Assembly: GCA_964499645.1 (NCBI GenBank)
Contig: CAZCLV010000001.1
Coordinates: forward strand, 1-50,400
Reading direction: 5' to 3'
Source of the DNA: an uncultured Mycoplasma sp.
GTDB taxonomy: Bacteria > Bacillota_I > Bacilli_A > RF39 > UBA660
DNA length: 50,400 nt
In this document: one piece after another, positions 46,837 to 50,400 of the stretch
Layout: the number at the start of each line of letters is the position of its first letter
How positions within the stretch are numbered: the first letter of the stretch is position 1
The notes under the pieces: generated by a model
Told to the model about the DNA's origin: nothing
Seen by the model: the letters and a program-made list of their open reading frames with translations, nothing else
The model's database searches: none
Position numbers and translations under genes: made by a program

Positions 46837-48850
46837 ATCTTTTTATTGAACTCATAAATAATAAAATTATTAAAATTGGAATAATTAAATAAGCTTTTGA
46901 TATGCTTGTTTCTGGTATTTTAATCTTTTCATTTGTCATAATTACTTTTACTACTTGATTGTCTTCCTCTATTTCAAACTCAATATTATTTTTATTTAAT
47001 AAATATCCATTAGGAGCTTCTTTTTCTTTTATATAATAAGTTCCTGCTATTAAGGTATCTAGCACTATTGGCTCTCCATTTGTTTTACCAGAAAAAACTA
47101 ATTCCATACTTTCTTTAAAATATATTTCTATTGCTGCATCTTTCAAAAGATTTCCTGTTTCTAAATCCACTTTATTAAAAATTAGTATTCCTTCTTTTCT
47201 TTCATTACTCATATCTACTTTTATTAGTAAACCATTTTCTTGTACTTCAAACCATAATAATTCTTTATTTAATCGATAGTACTTTGGAGCAGTTACCTCT
47301 TTTATATAGTATTTACCAATATCTATTTTTTCAATTATTATATTGCCATTTTTATCTGTTAATGATTTATGTAATAAATTATTATCTTCATCATATATTT
47401 CTATTTCTGCATCTTTTAATGGTTTATTACTTGAATAATCTAGTTTTGTAAATACTAACTTTGATTTTTTTAAATTTTTTAATTCATAATAATATTCTTT
47501 TTCTTCAGTAATATTAACTTGAAATTCTTTTATATATTCATATTCATCTTCTCCTTTTATCTGAGTTATATTATATTTTCCATAAACTAAAACTACTTTT
47601 ATTTCACCATTTTCATCTGTTTTAATAGTCTCATTATTACCATTTTCATCTGTTATTTTAAAAATAGCTTCTACTTCTTTCATTAAATGCTCTTCTGGAC
47701 CACCCTTTAATTTTAATATTTTTAATATTCCTTTTATTTTTTCATTTGGTATTTCTAAAACAATATTATTAGTTTCACTTGTTACTTCAAACTCTATTTT
47801 TTCTTCATTTATTTTATAAGGTATATTGGTTTTTATTTCTTTTAAATAATATTTTCCATAAGGTAATATAAATGTTTCATTTTCATTATTAATACTAATA
47901 GTTTGTAATAATTCATTATTATCATTATATAATTCAAAAACCGAGCCTTTTAGATTATCATTAAATGTTTTACTATCAGCATCAATTTTCTTTATAGTAA
48001 TAGTTTTTCCTTCAATAGAATAATTTATTTTTATATCTTCATTATTTATATTTCCTCTTGTTATTAAATCTTGAAGTGAACTACTTTTAAATAAAGTTAT
48101 TTCATTAGTTAGTTTTGGTCTATATATATTGATTGTTCCTGTTCCTTCTTTTAGACCTTTTATGTATAGTTTATTATCTTTAACTTGTAAATCTAAATGC
48201 TCATCTGTATTAATATAATAATTATTTAAAACTAAATTAGTGTCTTCTAAAATAATGGAATTATTTAAAGTTAATTTTATACTTTCATTACTAAAACTAG
48301 GTTTTTTATCGTGATTATTTATTAATTGTTCTAATTCATTTATTTCACTTAAATATAAGCTAGTATTTGTAGTACCATTTCTTGATGTTTTAAAAACATA
48401 TTTTATATCATTTCTTAATAATTTCCATATTAATACTTGTGCTATACCATACCATTTTTTAGATGAATGATTTATAACATTATCCTGGTATTGATATCCA
48501 TAATATGCTAATAACTTTATTTTATTTAATGTTGTTTGATTTAATCTAGAATTTTTTATTATATTTTGATCTGTTGTATAAACATAATGAGTATTTGTTT
48601 TTGCTTCTGATTTATGTTGCATATATGTCTCTGGTTCAATACAATAATGCACATAATTATTTTGATTAGACATTGACATAATACCATTATAATCCATTGC
48701 ATTATAAGTTGTATCTTTTGCAAAAACATTTACTCCTGCTTCTTGCCAATAAACATCATATAATTTTCCACTGTTATAAGATACTGCTTTTGCTGAAATA
48801 CTTATAAAAAATATAAAAAATGTTATTATAAAATAATTTAATTTATTCAT
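46823..48850 (-). CDS. Surface adhesin: N-terminal thioester (TQXA-type) domain plus several Cna-B/SpaA-type Ig-like domains and a non-canonical sorting signal
   Basis: HYCIEPE (Cys motif) and GIAQVLIW (Gln motif). Repeated GKYY(I/L)KE..AP..Y blocks. C-terminal IPETS, then hydrophobic helix, then KRYEKN. ATG 48850 follows GGAGG and gives a signal peptide. Confidence 0.8.
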   Translation of the reverse strand: MNKLNYFIITFFIFFISISAKAVSYNSGKLYDVYWQEAGVNVFAKDTTYNAMDYNGIMSMSNQNNYVHYCIEPETYMQHKSEAKTNTHYVYTTDQNIIKNSRLNQTTLNKIKLLAYYGYQYQDNVINHSSKKWYGIAQVLIWKLLRNDIKYVFKTSRNGTTNTSLYLSEINELEQLINNHDKKPSFSNESIKLTLNNSIILEDTNLVLNNYYINTDEHLDLQVKDNKLYIKGLKEGTGTINIYRPKLTNEITLFKSSSLQDLITRGNINNEDIKINYSIEGKTITIKKIDADSKTFNDNLKGSVFELYNDNNELLQTISINNENETFILPYGKYYLKEIKTNIPYKINEEKIEFEVTSETNNIVLEIPNEKIKGILKILKLKGGPEEHLMKEVEAIFKITDENGNNETIKTDENGEIKVVLVYGKYNITQIKGEDEYEYIKEFQVNITEEKEYYYELKNLKKSKLVFTKLDYSSNKPLKDAEIEIYDEDNNLLHKSLTDKNGNIIIEKIDIGKYYIKEVTAPKYYRLNKELLWFEVQENGLLIKVDMSNERKEGILIFNKVDLETGNLLKDAAIEIYFKESMELVFSGKTNGEPIVLDTLIAGTYYIKEKEAPNGYLLNKNNIEFEIEEDNQVVKVIMTNEKIKIPETSISKAYLIIPILIILLFMSSIKRYEKN

Positions 48851-48923
48851 AAAACCCTCCTTGATTTGATAATTTAACATATCTTTTTTTCTTTGTAAAA
48901 TGGCCAAAAATAAGATTTTAACA

Positions 48924-48956
48924 CAAAAAAAGTATGAAAATTTATTTTTTCATACT
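48924..48956 (-). terminator. Intrinsic terminator after the 5'-partial ORF
   Basis: AGTATGAAAA/TTTTCATACT stem followed by a U run on the minus strand. Confidence 0.65.
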
Positions 48957-49046
48957 TACTTTTAGTATTTTTATTATTAAAGTACTACATATAAAGTTTT
49001 TTTTATAAGTATTTTATTTTTTTAATAAAAAAGAAGATTACTCTTC

Positions 49047-50400
49047 TTAATTAGTTGTCATTACAGTACGGAAACCGTAACGTGTAATAGCGCAACCCAC
49101 ATTTTTACCGAAAGAAAACAAGCCTGCCTTGGAAGTATAATTCTCGCTACCACCACGTATGAACCAAGAATAACCACTGTAAGGAAAAGTAGCCCAATCA
49201 CCATTCCATCCTCCAGTATCAGAACCACCATATGTAACTAATGTTTCTTTTGTTGCATCTCCTAGAAGTCCTCTACCATGATCAGTATTTCCCGTTGTTG
49301 AATTGTTGTTATTTGCATAACTATCATAATATTTTGGACCTGGATCTGATAAGCCAGAACTTGACGCATAATATTGATTACTTGTGTTTTTCATATTTCC
49401 CATTACATATTCCCATGTTCCACCACTCATATCATATATTCCTGTTATATTTCCTGTTGTTGATGCGTTTACTCCATTTTGATTCCAAGCATAATTTGAT
49501 GCACATGCACTCATACTATTGGCAACTTCTGCATCTTTAGTTGAACCTGAACATCCTGTTATTGTTGGACCATATGTGCCACTTTCTAAAGTATTTACAT
49601 TGTTTATCCATACTTCACATCCTGTTGCTATACATGTTGTTGTATTTGTATATCTTCCATATATTGAACTTGATAGATATGCTGTTGCTCCCCATTCCAT
49701 ATTCTTCATCATATGTGTATCTACTTCACTTGCTAATAATCCATATTTTGAAGTTGTTTCTATTCCTCTTGTTGCATCAAACATTTCTCCTAATTTTATA
49801 TTTGTTAATGATGTCATATTTGGTTTTATTGTTACATTACTTGTTGTTCCACTTGATTCAAACTTTCCTACCCATATCCCATTTAGATTTGTTGTTCCAA
49901 ATGTAAATGCTGGATGTGTTAAATATGTATTATTTGTTGAACCTGTTGATTTTGCTACATTTTTATTTTCAAATACTATATCTATTGCAAATTGATTGGT
50001 ACTTGTTTGTCCTGTTACATTCCATAATTTATATTTATATCTTGGTATCCATACATAATATTGTAATATTTCACTTTCTATTACTGTTGTTCCTTCAACA
50101 TCTTCTTTTAAACTCATATCATTATTAAAGTATTTTGATTTTATTGTTGCATTACTTGTATCTACTAATACTGCATTTGCCCATTCATGTGATGTATAAT
50201 CATACCATTCTTCATATTGATCTGCTACTGTTATTGTTCCATTACTTGCTATTTTTACTGGTATCATTCCTTGATATATTTCTGGATCTGTTCCATTTAA
50301 TATTGCTTCTTTATATAATGTTCTTCCACATATATTTTGATTTACTGTTATTTTACTTCTATCTACACTATTTTCTTTATATATTCCATTTCCTTTGCTA
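49047..50400 (-). CDS. 5'-partial CDS (open to the window edge). Asn/Thr/Ser/Gly-rich extracytoplasmic-looking protein with an FGE/SUMF1-like C-terminal signature.
   Basis: The reading frame has no stop from 50267 to 50400. C-terminus reads WFIRGGSENY...RYGFRTV, resembling the RGGSW...GFR end of FGE-sulfatase domains. Confidence 0.6.
   Translation of the reverse strand, partial: SKGNGIYKENSVDRSKITVNQNICGRTLYKEAILNGTDPEIYQGMIPVKIASNGTITVADQYEEWYDYTSHEWANAVLVDTSNATIKSKYFNNDMSLKEDVEGTTVIESEILQYYVWIPRYKYKLWNVTGQTSTNQFAIDIVFENKNVAKSTGSTNNTYLTHPAFTFGTTNLNGIWVGKFESSGTTSNVTIKPNMTSLTNIKLGEMFDATRGIETTSKYGLLASEVDTHMMKNMEWGATAYLSSSIYGRYTNTTTCIATGCEVWINNVNTLESGTYGPTITGCSGSTKDAEVANSMSACASNYAWNQNGVNASTTGNITGIYDMSGGTWEYVMGNMKNTSNQYYASSSGLSDPGPKYYDSYANNNNSTTGNTDHGRGLLGDATKETLVTYGGSDTGGWNGDWATFPYSGYSWFIRGGSENYTSKAGLFSFGKNVGCAITRYGFRTVMTTN

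Overview
Very AT-rich Firmicutes-type chromosome segment, with nearly all genes on the minus strand. The organism looks like a spore-former: an alpha/beta SASP with a sigma-G-like promoter, YlbJ/YlbL homologues, and Bacillus-like synteny ireB-ruvX-DUF1292-mltG-yrrM-yrrN-yrrO-greA. From about 14.1 to 46.2 kb the window is mainly housekeeping: recG, tRNA-Gly(GCC), rsmI, mutS, priA, galU, pcrA, thiI, tig, pyrH, greA, mltG, ruvX. Surface and spore-related genes are interspersed: a cadherin-like repeat protein, a collagen-like GPT-repeat protein, two pseudopilins with a ComGA/PilB-type ATPase, and a membrane-anchored amidase. The left 14 kb looks accessory. Its main feature, and the best candidate for an undescribed system, is a tightly packed ten-gene minus-strand operon (240-10606). 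It starts at a consensus TTGACT-17-TATAAT promoter with a structured leader. It encodes an ABC-F ATPase, an M20 deacylase, a GNAT, a PaaK/F390-synthetase-like adenylating ligase, three radical-SAM-type enzymes (two with non-canonical Cys motifs), an ATP-grasp ligase, a HAD hydrolase and a DDAH/amidinotransferase-fold enzyme. I do not recognise this combination as a characterised pathway. Next to it lie a 5'-truncated tyrosine integrase and what looks like a recombination scar, then a small C26-peptidase/GNAT/ASCH operon, then a promoter-plus-terminator-bounded candidate sRNA of about 105 nt with a C-rich motif. The 3' module of that sRNA recurs, with compensatory stem changes, at the far-left end of the window. 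The right end carries a sortase coupled to a thioester-domain (TQXA-type) Cna-B adhesin with a non-canonical sorting motif, and a 5'-partial ORF with an FGE/SUMF1-like C-terminus. No CRISPR array, rRNA or complete mobile element was seen. All calls rest on motif reading by eye. No database search was run.
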